Shown here: positions 1 to 7,915 of the stretch, one piece after another | Position numbering within the stretch: the first letter of the stretch is position 1 | Layout: each line of letters opens with the position of its first letter | The notes under the pieces: model-generated | What the model saw: the letters and a program-made list of their open reading frames with translations, nothing else | Databases searched by the model: none | What the model was told of the DNA's origin: nothing | Program-made: the position numbers and the translations under genes | From: Acaryochloris marina MBIC11017 | Lineage (GTDB): Bacteria; Cyanobacteriota; Cyanobacteriia; Thermosynechococcales; Thermosynechococcaceae | Direction: 5' to 3' | Length of the DNA stretch: 32,000 bases | Assembly (NCBI RefSeq): GCF_000018105.1 | Contig: NC_009926.1 | Coordinates: forward strand, 210,001 to 242,000

Positions 1-190
1 CGTCAGTCAGACCCCACAAGTGTATTTGGATCACCAGGTCTCGGAGGTGTCGGGAGCGCTGAAGTTAACCTGGGATGTGGTGGAGGCCATTTTTCCGGCT
101 GGCTTAATCAAGGAGATGTTTGCCGCCTACTGCGCCCTGCTAAATCGGCTGGCCCAGGAGGATGACCTCTGGCATACCCCCCAGCGACAG
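1..190 (+). other. C-terminal end of a heterocyclization (Cy) domain
   Basis: QTPQVYLDHQ is encoded at nt 8-37, a Cy-family motif. It is followed by ...LKLTWDVVEAIFPAGL... and then the linker into the A domain. The rest of the domain lies upstream of the window. Confidence 0.75.
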
Positions 191-2977
191 CTACTGCTGC
201 CTCACCAACTGAAGCAGATCGAGGCGATCAATGCCACCGATACCAACTTTGTCACCAGCGATTCGGCTCCCCTGCTGCACACGCTCTTCTTTGACCAAGC
301 GATCCGGCAACCGGAACAGATTGCGATCGCAACTCCTGACCGCACCCTCACCTATCAGGAATTGTGCGATCGCGTCCATCAGCTCAGTTATTTCCTGCAT
401 CAACAGGGCATTCAGCCCCAGGATCGAGTGGCGATCGTCATGGCCAAAGGTTGGGAGCAGATTGTTGCTGCCCTTGGTATTCTCAGCTTGGGAGCCGTTT
501 ACATTCCCATCGATGCGGCTCTCCCCCAAGCGCGTCAGTGGCAACTGTTTGCAGAAGCCGATGTCACCTATGCCCTCACCCAATCTGTGATAGACGCGAC
601 GTTAGAGTGGCCCCCATCCCTGCCTCGTATCAGCGTCGATACCCTATCATTCTCATCCATCTCTATTCCATCATCTCCCACATCCCCCACCGATCTGGCC
701 TACATCATCTACACCTCCGGCTCCACGGGCCAACCCAAAGGCGTGATGATTGACCATCGGGGAGCCGTGAATACGATCCTCGACATCAACCAGCGATTCG
801 GTGTAACTTCAGCAGATCGGGTGCTGGCGCTCTCGTCCCTCAGTTTTGACCTGTCGGTTTATGACATCTTTGGCACGCTGGCCGCAGGCGGCACTCTGGT
901 CATCCCAGCAGCGGACGGTAATCGTGACCCAGCTCACTGGCTCAACCTAATTGAGCGGCATCATGTAACGATTTGGAACTCGGTGCCAGCGCTGATGCAA
1001 ATGCTAGTGGAATTCGCGGCAAGTCAACCCGATCGAACGGCAGCAACATTGCGTCTGGTGCTGTTGAGCGGCGACTGGCTGCCGCTGAGCCTACCCGATC
1101 AGATTCGCTCAATTGCGCCCCGATCTCAGGTGATCAGCCTGGGAGGAGCAACCGAAGCCTCTATCTGGTCAATTCTTTACCCGATTAAAGAGGTTGATCC
1201 CACCTGGAGGAGCATTCCCTATGGCCGACCGATGGCGAACCAGCGGTTTTATGTGCTGAATGCGGCCTTGTCACCTTGCCCTGTTTGGGTGACAGGGCAG
1301 CTTTACATTGGCGGCATTGGGCTAGCTCAGGGGTACTGGCGCAATCACGAAAAGACCCAGGCCAGCTTTATGGTTCACCCCCACACTCAGGAGCGGCTAT
1401 ACAAATCAGGCGATCTAGGCCGCTATCAACCTGATGGCACGATTGAGTTTCTGGGTCGAGAAGACTTTCAGGTGAAAGTGAATGGACATCGGATCGAACT
1501 AGGCGAGATTGAGGCTACACTGCTTCAGCATCCGGCAGTGAGACATGCGATCGTAACGACCATTGGTGCCCCTCGTGATCAGCAGCAGCTAGTGGCCTAT
1601 ATCGTGCCCGATTCACCAGCGGCGCTGACTCCTGCCTCTTCTCCATCGTTTAATGCCCAAGTTGAAGCCCATGAGCCTCGCCCACTAGACGGTACGCTCA
1701 CCGATCCAGCCGAACGTCTAGATTTCAAGCTTCAGCAGCGGGGAGTGCGATCACCCGCTCCTAGCCAATCGGGCGTTCAACTGCCCAAGCCCGAATTTGA
1801 TGATGCGCTGGTGCAAGCTTACTGGCAACGCCAAAGCCATCGTCAGTTTCTCGAACAGCCGATTTCATTAGAGGCATTTAGCCAGTTTCTCAGCAGCGTA
1901 CTTCAGATGCAGGTGACGGGCTTGCCGCTACCGAAATACCGCTATGCCTCGGCGGGCAGCCTCTATCCGGTGCAGGTGTATCTCTATCTGCAACCCAATC
2001 GAGTTGAGGATTTAGCCGCTGGGTTTTACTACTACCATCCGGTTGACCATCAGTTGCTGTTGCTCAGCGATTTTGCAGAAGTCGCAGCCCATCGCTATGG
2101 AATTAATCAGGCTGTGTTTGCGGACTCGTCGTTTTCCCTATTTTTAATTGGGCAGTTGCAAGCGATCGCGCCCATGTATGGCGAACTCGCCCGAGATTTC
2201 TGTTTATTAGAAGCAGGGTATATGAGTCAGCTCTTGATGGAAGCCGCTTCTCAACAGGAGATTGGTCTATGTCCCATCGGTACGCTGGATTTTGCAGCGT
2301 TGCGATCACACTTTTGTCTAGAAGATAGCCATATTTTGCTGCACAGTTTTGTTGGAGGGAAAATCGATCCAACTTGGACAAAACAAGCGGCTTCTGTCAA
2401 TCTGACTATTCAGGCTCAAAATCGCAATATTCAAGGTGTACAAAAGACTGATTTACAACTCGAACTGAGTTCTTTCCTACAGCAAAAATTGCCGCGCTAC
2501 ATGGTGCCTTCAGCTTATGTAGTATTGGAGACTTTACCGTTAACGGCTAACGGTAAAGTCGATCGTAAGGCGTTACCCTTATCCGATAATTTTAGTCCTC
2601 CTCAGCAGTCAGTTATCAAACCCCAAACCCAAACTGAACGAATGGTTGCCCGAGTTTGGCAGGAGATTTTACAGCTAGAAACGGCCGGCATTCACGACAA
2701 TTTCTTTGAACTGGGCGGCAATTCTCTATTAATGATTCGCACCCAAGTCAAATTGCAGGAGTTATTGCATCAAGAAATCCCCATTGTTGAGCTTTTTAAA
2801 TCTCCGACTATTCACGCCTTAGCCAGTTATTTAAGCCAGCACTATTCAAGCTCACAGCAGACAGAATCATCGACTAAAAAAGGCGGTCAGCGTGCCCAAT
2901 TACGAGGCGATCGCCAAGCCCTCAGAGACCAGCGCAAACAGTCCCGACAATCTCATCGATCAACCCACCAATCATAG
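1..2977 (+). CDS. NRPS, 5'-truncated by the window edge: ...Cy(C-terminal end)-A(Cys) with embedded Ox domain-T; thiazole-forming module
   Basis: The frame is open from nt 2, so the track start at 20 is only an in-frame GTG. Translation reads VSQTPQVYLDHQ (Cy-domain motif). A-domain motifs are LAYIIYTSGSTGQPKGV, SLGGATEASIWS, LYKSGDLGRY, GREDFQVKVNGHRIELGEIE and LPRYMVPS...NGKVDRKALP. The carrier motif is FFELGGNSLL (Ser codon 2723-2725). Stop TAG at 2975-2977. Confidence 0.93.
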   Translation, partial: VSQTPQVYLDHQVSEVSGALKLTWDVVEAIFPAGLIKEMFAAYCALLNRLAQEDDLWHTPQRQLLLPHQLKQIEAINATDTNFVTSDSAPLLHTLFFDQAIRQPEQIAIATPDRTLTYQELCDRVHQLSYFLHQQGIQPQDRVAIVMAKGWEQIVAALGILSLGAVYIPIDAALPQARQWQLFAEADVTYALTQSVIDATLEWPPSLPRISVDTLSFSSISIPSSPTSPTDLAYIIYTSGSTGQPKGVMIDHRGAVNTILDINQRFGVTSADRVLALSSLSFDLSVYDIFGTLAAGGTLVIPAADGNRDPAHWLNLIERHHVTIWNSVPALMQMLVEFAASQPDRTAATLRLVLLSGDWLPLSLPDQIRSIAPRSQVISLGGATEASIWSILYPIKEVDPTWRSIPYGRPMANQRFYVLNAALSPCPVWVTGQLYIGGIGLAQGYWRNHEKTQASFMVHPHTQERLYKSGDLGRYQPDGTIEFLGREDFQVKVNGHRIELGEIEATLLQHPAVRHAIVTTIGAPRDQQQLVAYIVPDSPAALTPASSPSFNAQVEAHEPRPLDGTLTDPAERLDFKLQQRGVRSPAPSQSGVQLPKPEFDDALVQAYWQRQSHRQFLEQPISLEAFSQFLSSVLQMQVTGLPLPKYRYASAGSLYPVQVYLYLQPNRVEDLAAGFYYYHPVDHQLLLLSDFAEVAAHRYGINQAVFADSSFSLFLIGQLQAIAPMYGELARDFCLLEAGYMSQLLMEAASQQEIGLCPIGTLDFAALRSHFCLEDSHILLHSFVGGKIDPTWTKQAASVNLTIQAQNRNIQGVQKTDLQLELSSFLQQKLPRYMVPSAYVVLETLPLTANGKVDRKALPLSDNFSPPQQSVIKPQTQTERMVARVWQEILQLETAGIHDNFFELGGNSLLMIRTQVKLQELLHQEIPIVELFKSPTIHALASYLSQHYSSSQQTESSTKKGGQRAQLRGDRQALRDQRKQSRQSHRSTHQS
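284..2578 (+). other. Adenylation domain, cysteine-type, interrupted by Ox
   Basis: Hand alignment to the GrsA numbering gives D235 L236 Y239 N278 L299 S301 L322 I330 W331, i.e. DLYNLSLIW(K), the canonical Cys code. It derives from FDLSVYD / WNSVPAL / LLSGDW / SLGGATEASIW. Boundaries are approximate. Confidence 0.85.
1712..2370 (+). other. FMN-dependent nitroreductase-like oxidase (Ox) domain inserted between A8 and A9 motifs
   Basis: About 220 aa (ERLDFKLQQRG...YRYASAGSLYPVQVYLY...GFYYYHP...LLEAGYMSQLL...CPIG...) sit between GHRIELGEIE (A8) and LPRYMVPS (A9). EpoB and MtaD show the same topology. Confidence 0.8.
2630..2830 (+). other. Thiolation (PCP) domain
   Basis: ERMVARVWQEILQLE...HDNFFELGGNSLLMIR...LFKSPTIHALASYL. 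Confidence 0.9.
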
Positions 2978-3021
2978 TGAATCAGAAGATGCTTAAAGAG
3001 CTATATGACAAGCAGCAAAAC

Positions 3022-3050
3022 ATTTTGGATCCCCCCTACCCCCCTTAATC
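3022..3050. repeat. ATTTTGGAT motif abutting a C-rich tract (GGATCCCCCCTACCCCCCTTAATC) in the gene 1-gene 2 spacer
   Basis: Read directly from the sequence. ATTTTGGAT (3022-3030) is the reverse complement of ATCCAAAAT at 3202-3210. The same core occurs in the in-frame A-domain inserts. Confidence 0.6.
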
Positions 3051-3085
3051 TACCGTGTACACACATCTTGATCACTGCCTCTCAC

Positions 3086-3122
3086 CCCCCCTTGCCCCCC
3101 TTAAAAAGGGAGGCAAGGGGGG
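3086..3122. repeat. GC-rich imperfect palindrome (about 15-bp stem with 1 mismatch, loop TTAAAAA)
   Basis: CCCCCCTTGCCCCCC-TTAAAAA-GGGAGGCAAGGGGGG. It lies 109 nt after the gene 1 stop. No U-tract follows (ATCACGGGGGG...), so it is not a classical intrinsic terminator. It may be a stabilising hairpin or a repeat-element core. Confidence 0.7.
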
Positions 3123-3196
3123 ATCACGGGGGGTTGATCGCTGTAACCGATTAACTGTTCGAGCATCTTTTCAGTAATCAAATCATCATAATCACC

Positions 3197-3233
3197 CCAA
3201 AATCCAAAATCAATAAATCCAAAATCAGTAAAT
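3197..3233. repeat. A-rich 7-8-nt periodic repeat CCAAAAT CCAAAAT CAATAAAT CCAAAAT CAGTAAAT, just upstream of the PKS start
   Basis: Read directly from the sequence. It has the same CCAAAATCC core as the 3' arms of the in-frame inserts at 10632-10688. Confidence 0.7.
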
Positions 3234-3256
3234 CAACGTGACTTCATCTGAAAACT

Positions 3257-6200
3257 ATGAACGGTTTAGAAATTGCCATTATCGGTCTGTCAGGGCGCTT
3301 TCCGGGTGCTCAGACGATCGATGAATTTTGGCAAAACTTAAAGCAGGGCGTTGAATCCGTTTCATTTCTCTCGGATGAAGAACTTCTAGCATCAGGAATT
3401 GATGCCGATACCCTCAGCGATCCCAACTATGTCAAAGCTAACGCCATTCTCAGTGATGCCGATGCGTTTGATGCCCAATTCTTTGGCATTAGTCCCAAGG
3501 AAGCAGAACTGCTCGATCCGCAGCAGCGGCTATTTCTTGAACAGAGCTGGACTGCGATCTCACATGCAGGCTATGACCCAGCCACCTATGATGGCGTGAT
3601 TGGTGTCTATGCTGGGGTTGATACCAGCACCTATTTAGTCAACAACCTCTGTCCCACCTATGGCGGCATTGCTGATTTACAGATGTTTCTGGGCAATGCG
3701 GTTGACTATTTGGCCACACGGGTAGCTTACAAGTTGAACCTGAATGGCCCCGCGATAACGGTGCAAACTGCCTGCTCAACCTCACTAGTGGCCGTACATC
3801 TGGCCTGTCAAAGCATCCTCAATGGCGAATGTGATATGGCGCTAGCTGGGGGCGTATCGATCACTGTGCCTCAAATCACTGGATATACCTATCAGGAATC
3901 GGGTATTGCCTCCCCCGACGGTCACTGTCGAGCCTTTGATGCCCAGGCTCAGGGAACTCTGTTTGGCAGCGGGGTGGGGATTGTACTGCTGAAGCGACTG
4001 AGCGATGTGATCGCAGATGGTGACACGATTCACGCGGTGATTAAAGGATCTGCGGTCAACAATGATGGGGCGCTGAAGGCAGGCTACACGGCTCCTAGCC
4101 CCGAGGGACAAACGACTGTCATTAGCGAAGCCCAGGCAATTGCTGGCATCCATCCCGAAACCATCACCTATATAGAAGCTCACGGCACGGGAACGGCTCT
4201 GGGCGATCCGATTGAACTGGCTGCCCTAACTCAGGTGTTTCGCCGCCAAACGAACAAAACCGGATTTTGTGCGATCGGCTCTGTGAAAACTAATGTCGGG
4301 CATCTCAGTGTCGCTGCTGGCATCACGGGGCTGATCAAAACTGTTTTGAGTCTCAAACACCGCCAAATTCCGCCCAGCCTACATTTTCAGCAGCCCAATC
4401 CTCAGATTGACTTTGCCAGCAGTCCGTTTTACGTCAACACGGCTTTGGCTGACTGGCCGACTGGCAATACACCGCGACGAGCGGGAGTCAGCTCCTTCGG
4501 CATGGGCGGCACCAATGTGCATGTCGTGTTGGAAGAAACGCCCCCTGCAATCGCTGCTGCGCCTTCTCGTCCCTGGCAGTTGCTGAAGCTTTCGGCCAAA
4601 ACGCCCTCTGCCCTAGAGCAGGCCACAGCAGAGCTGATTAACCAGCTCAATCAAACCCCCGAGCTAAATCTGGCGGATGTGGCTTATACGCTACAGGTGG
4701 GTCGTCCAGGCTTCAGCGAGCGCCGGATGCTGGTCTGCCAAACCCTCGATCAGGCCGTGCAGGATTTGGAAAACGGAACATTTGCATCAGCTAGTTCGGT
4801 GGATGACCGTGCCGCTCAGCGCCCCATTGTCTTCATGTTCTCGGGACAGGGCACCCAGTACGTCAATATGGCGCGAGAGCTGTATGACTGTGAACCCACC
4901 TTTCGACAGTGGATCGATCGTGGCTCAGACTTGCTCAAACCTCATTTGGGTCTCGATTTGCGCCACATTCTCTATCCCAACTCTGCTCAAACCGAGGACG
5001 CAGCTCAGCAGCTTCAACAAACTGCCGTTACTCAACCCGCTCTATTCCTGCTTGAATATGCCTTAGCTCAGCTCTGGCAAGACTGGGGTGTAGCACCCAC
5101 GGCGATGATGGGTCACAGCATCGGGGAATATGTGGCGGCAACACTGGCAGGCGTGTTCAGTTTTGAAGCAGCGCTGACACTGGTGGCGGCTCGTGGAGCA
5201 CTGATGCAGTCGCTACCCGCTGGTCAGATGCTCTCGCTGCCGCTGTCAGAAGCCGAGGTGCAGCCGCTGTTAGGTTCAGGTCTGTCGCTAGCGGTTATTA
5301 ACGGTGCAGCCGCCTGCGTCGTGTCTGGGGAAACCGATGCCGTGACAGACTTACAGGAAAAGCTAGCGGCACAGGGGGTAGAAGGGCGATTACTGCACAC
5401 ATCCCACGCCTTTCATTCCGCCATGATGGCTCCGATTCTGGATCGCTTCCGGCAGCGAGTCCAGCAGGTCTCGCCCAACCCACCCCAAATCCCCTTTGTC
5501 TCCAACGTGACGGGCACCTGGATTACCCCCCAAGAGGCTACCGATCCGGCGTACTGGGCGAACCATTTGCGGCAGACGGTTCGTTTTGCAGATGGGCTGC
5601 AAACTCTAATGCACGATGCGGCTCCAATTCTGCTAGAAGTGGGGCCAGGCCGCACCCTGACCACCCTCGCTAAACGACATCCCAGTCGTCCGGCAGACAC
5701 GGTTATCTTGTCATCTGTGCGGCATCCGCAAGATGCGAGTTCAGACGCGGCGTTTCTGCTCAATACTCTGGGACATCTCTGGCTGTCGGGCGTATTAGTG
5801 AATGGCGCAGAATTTTACCGCCACGAGTCGAGACGGCGGATACCGCTGCCAACCTATCCCTTTGAGCCACAGCGCTACTGGATTGATCCACCGCGTCACT
5901 CAGCCCACCGCGCTTTGACAGCTCTATCCGATGCCGGATCGAATAACGGAACATCGAAAACTTTCGTCACCCAAAAGTCTGAAATTGCCGACTGGTTTTA
6001 CTTGCCCGCCTGGAAACCCTCGGTTGCACCCCAGGCTCAGTTTGACCCATTAGCAACGACCTGCGATCTGGTGCTCATTCATGACCAAGATCGTGAAGTG
6101 GGAGGGTTCGTAAACGACCTAATCCAACATCTGGAACAGCAAAATCCAAATCTTATCTTTGTGCAACCCAGTACAGCTTTTGCTCAACTAAATGACCGTT

Positions 6201-7915
6201 TCTATACCGTCAATCCCCAATCAAGCGATGATTACCAGACGCTGATCCAAACGCTAGTTAGTCAACATAAACGACTCCAAAAGATTGTGCATCTCTGGAC
6301 ACTTTCAACTAGTGAAAAGCCAAACGGTAACTTTGCCTCAGATTACCTCGCGTCGGATCCAGAATTGGTCCAAAGATGCCAATTTTCCGGATTTTACAGC
6401 CTCCTATTTCTAGCACAAGCACTCGCAAAACAAACCGAGCCAGATGCAAATTCAGATGGCATTCAGATCACGGTCATTTCTAATTATTTGCAATCAGTAA
6501 CAGGAAACGATCCTCTTGCACCCGAAAAGTCACTGCTGCTTGGCCCTATCCGGGTGATTCCCCAGGAGTATCCAACGATTCACTGTCGCAGTATCGACAT
6601 CAATTTGCCATCTCCTAATAGATGGCAAGCCGAAAGACTTACGGGGCAACTGTTGCATGACATTTGCTGTCCGATTACTGAACCGATTATTGCCTATCGG
6701 GGACATCAGCGATATGTACAAGCCGTTGAAAAAATTCGATTAGACGAACCCTCCAAAGAAGATTTTGAGGTGCGATCGCACCTGCGGCAAAATGGGGTTT
6801 ATCTAATCACAGGCGGATTGGGTCACATCGGTTTGACGTTAGCGCGATACCTGGCCGAATCGATGCAAGCCAAACTGATTTTGATGGGGCGTTCAACCTT
6901 GCCAGAAAAAGGTGAATGGCATACCTGGCTATCGACCCATGCTGCATCGGATCGGATCAGCCGCAAAATCCGCCAGATTCAGGCGCTGGAAGCCTTGGGC
7001 GCAGAAGTGTTGGTCGTGTCAGCCGATGTGTCCAATGAAGCGGAGCTGAGGAGTGCGATCTCACAGGCTGAATCTCAGTTTGGTGCAATTAACGGTGTAA
7101 TTCATGGGGCTGGGCTAGTCGGAGCCGAGACATTTAGGGCAATTTCCCAACTCGATCTCGTAACCTGTGAGCAGCAGTTTCAGCCCAAGGTTTATGGCTT
7201 ATTGGTATTAGAAAAGGTGCTGAATGACAAGCCGCTAGATTTCTGTCTACTGCTCTCGTCCCTATCGTCAGTTTTGGGTGGATTGGGTCATGCATCCTAT
7301 GCCGCTGCCAATCTGTTTATGGATGCGTTGACCCATTACCATAATCAGACCCATTCGTCTCCGTGGATCAGCATTAATTGGGATGCATGGAATCAGGATA
7401 GCGACACAGAAAAAATGGCCTTTTTCGGTTCTAGTTTGGCTCAGTTTTCAATTGAACCTGACGAGGGAATTCGGGCACTTCAGCAAATTTTACTGCATCC
7501 AGAACAGAGCCAGGTGATTGTATCCACTGCTGATTTAAGCGCTCGAATTGATCAGTGGATTAGACCAAAAGCAATTGGGAAGAAGCTAGCGCTTGAATCC
7601 TCTCACTCCCATGAAAGACCGACATTGAGTACTGATTATATTCCTCCTGAACATAAGGCGGAAAAAATACTGGCGGATATCTTTCAGCAGGTTTTGGGAG
7701 TTAAACCGATTGGCATTTATGACAGCTTTTTCGATCTGGGTGGAGATTCCATGATCGGAATTCAGCTCATTTCCAAAATTCGTAGCCATTTTCAAATTGA
7801 GCTATCTATTCAACATCTCTTTGAAGCACCCTGTATTGCTGATTTAGCCTTCAACATTGAAGCCCTTTTGATTGAGGATATTCTGGTTGAACCCTTGGGA
7901 ACTGAAAGCCGATGA
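3257..7915 (+). CDS. Type I PKS module KS-AT-KR-ACP
   Basis: 1552-aa ORF. Motifs present are DPQQRLFLE, TACSTSLVAVH, EAHGTGTALGD, KTNVGHL, FMFSGQGTQY, GHSIGEY, HAFHS, YLITGGLGHIG, SYAAAN and FFDLGGDSM. The TGA stop overlaps the next ATG (ATGA at 7912-7915). Confidence 0.95.
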   Translation: MNGLEIAIIGLSGRFPGAQTIDEFWQNLKQGVESVSFLSDEELLASGIDADTLSDPNYVKANAILSDADAFDAQFFGISPKEAELLDPQQRLFLEQSWTAISHAGYDPATYDGVIGVYAGVDTSTYLVNNLCPTYGGIADLQMFLGNAVDYLATRVAYKLNLNGPAITVQTACSTSLVAVHLACQSILNGECDMALAGGVSITVPQITGYTYQESGIASPDGHCRAFDAQAQGTLFGSGVGIVLLKRLSDVIADGDTIHAVIKGSAVNNDGALKAGYTAPSPEGQTTVISEAQAIAGIHPETITYIEAHGTGTALGDPIELAALTQVFRRQTNKTGFCAIGSVKTNVGHLSVAAGITGLIKTVLSLKHRQIPPSLHFQQPNPQIDFASSPFYVNTALADWPTGNTPRRAGVSSFGMGGTNVHVVLEETPPAIAAAPSRPWQLLKLSAKTPSALEQATAELINQLNQTPELNLADVAYTLQVGRPGFSERRMLVCQTLDQAVQDLENGTFASASSVDDRAAQRPIVFMFSGQGTQYVNMARELYDCEPTFRQWIDRGSDLLKPHLGLDLRHILYPNSAQTEDAAQQLQQTAVTQPALFLLEYALAQLWQDWGVAPTAMMGHSIGEYVAATLAGVFSFEAALTLVAARGALMQSLPAGQMLSLPLSEAEVQPLLGSGLSLAVINGAAACVVSGETDAVTDLQEKLAAQGVEGRLLHTSHAFHSAMMAPILDRFRQRVQQVSPNPPQIPFVSNVTGTWITPQEATDPAYWANHLRQTVRFADGLQTLMHDAAPILLEVGPGRTLTTLAKRHPSRPADTVILSSVRHPQDASSDAAFLLNTLGHLWLSGVLVNGAEFYRHESRRRIPLPTYPFEPQRYWIDPPRHSAHRALTALSDAGSNNGTSKTFVTQKSEIADWFYLPAWKPSVAPQAQFDPLATTCDLVLIHDQDREVGGFVNDLIQHLEQQNPNLIFVQPSTAFAQLNDRFYTVNPQSSDDYQTLIQTLVSQHKRLQKIVHLWTLSTSEKPNGNFASDYLASDPELVQRCQFSGFYSLLFLAQALAKQTEPDANSDGIQITVISNYLQSVTGNDPLAPEKSLLLGPIRVIPQEYPTIHCRSIDINLPSPNRWQAERLTGQLLHDICCPITEPIIAYRGHQRYVQAVEKIRLDEPSKEDFEVRSHLRQNGVYLITGGLGHIGLTLARYLAESMQAKLILMGRSTLPEKGEWHTWLSTHAASDRISRKIRQIQALEALGAEVLVVSADVSNEAELRSAISQAESQFGAINGVIHGAGLVGAETFRAISQLDLVTCEQQFQPKVYGLLVLEKVLNDKPLDFCLLLSSLSSVLGGLGHASYAAANLFMDALTHYHNQTHSSPWISINWDAWNQDSDTEKMAFFGSSLAQFSIEPDEGIRALQQILLHPEQSQVIVSTADLSARIDQWIRPKAIGKKLALESSHSHERPTLSTDYIPPEHKAEKILADIFQQVLGVKPIGIYDSFFDLGGDSMIGIQLISKIRSHFQIELSIQHLFEAPCIADLAFNIEALLIEDILVEPLGTESR
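3263..4537 (+). other. Ketosynthase domain, catalytic triad intact
   Basis: The triad is Cys173 (TGC 3773-3775, in TACSTS), His in EAHGTGT and His in NVGHL. Confidence 0.92.
4820..5761 (+). other. Acyltransferase domain, malonyl-CoA type
   Basis: GHSIGE active-site Ser (AGC 5117-5119). HAFH motif at 5405-5416, where methylmalonyl-specific ATs carry YASH. Confidence 0.85.
6794..7381 (+). other. Ketoreductase catalytic subdomain; a KR structural subdomain probably spans about 5970-6790
   Basis: NADPH motif GGLGHIG. K (QPKVYG), S (SSLSSV) and Y (SYAAAN) are all present. There is no LDD motif (AGLVGAE in its place), so I did not call a stereochemical type. Confidence 0.8.
7640..7861 (+). other. 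Acyl carrier protein domain
   Basis: FFDLGGDSMIGIQL, with the Ser codon TCC at 7748-7750. Confidence 0.88.

Noticed and set aside
20-22. GTG at nt 20 as the true start of the first NRPS gene.
   Set aside because: The frame is open back to nt 2, and the translated sequence there (QTPQVYLDHQ) is an internal Cy-domain motif. The gene is therefore truncated by the window and does not start here.
3086-3122. The GC hairpin as a Rho-independent terminator ending the gene 1 transcript.
   Set aside because: The stem is strong, but it is followed by ATCACGGGGGGTTGATCG rather than a U-tract. All genes are co-directional and belong to one assembly line. I keep it as a hairpin or repeat feature only.
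3187-3192. CATAAT as a -10 box for a PKS-gene promoter.
   Set aside because: I could find no convincing -35 (TTGACA-like) element at 16-18 nt spacing. The region is low-complexity and AT-rich, where such hexamers arise by chance. Calling it would need TSS data.
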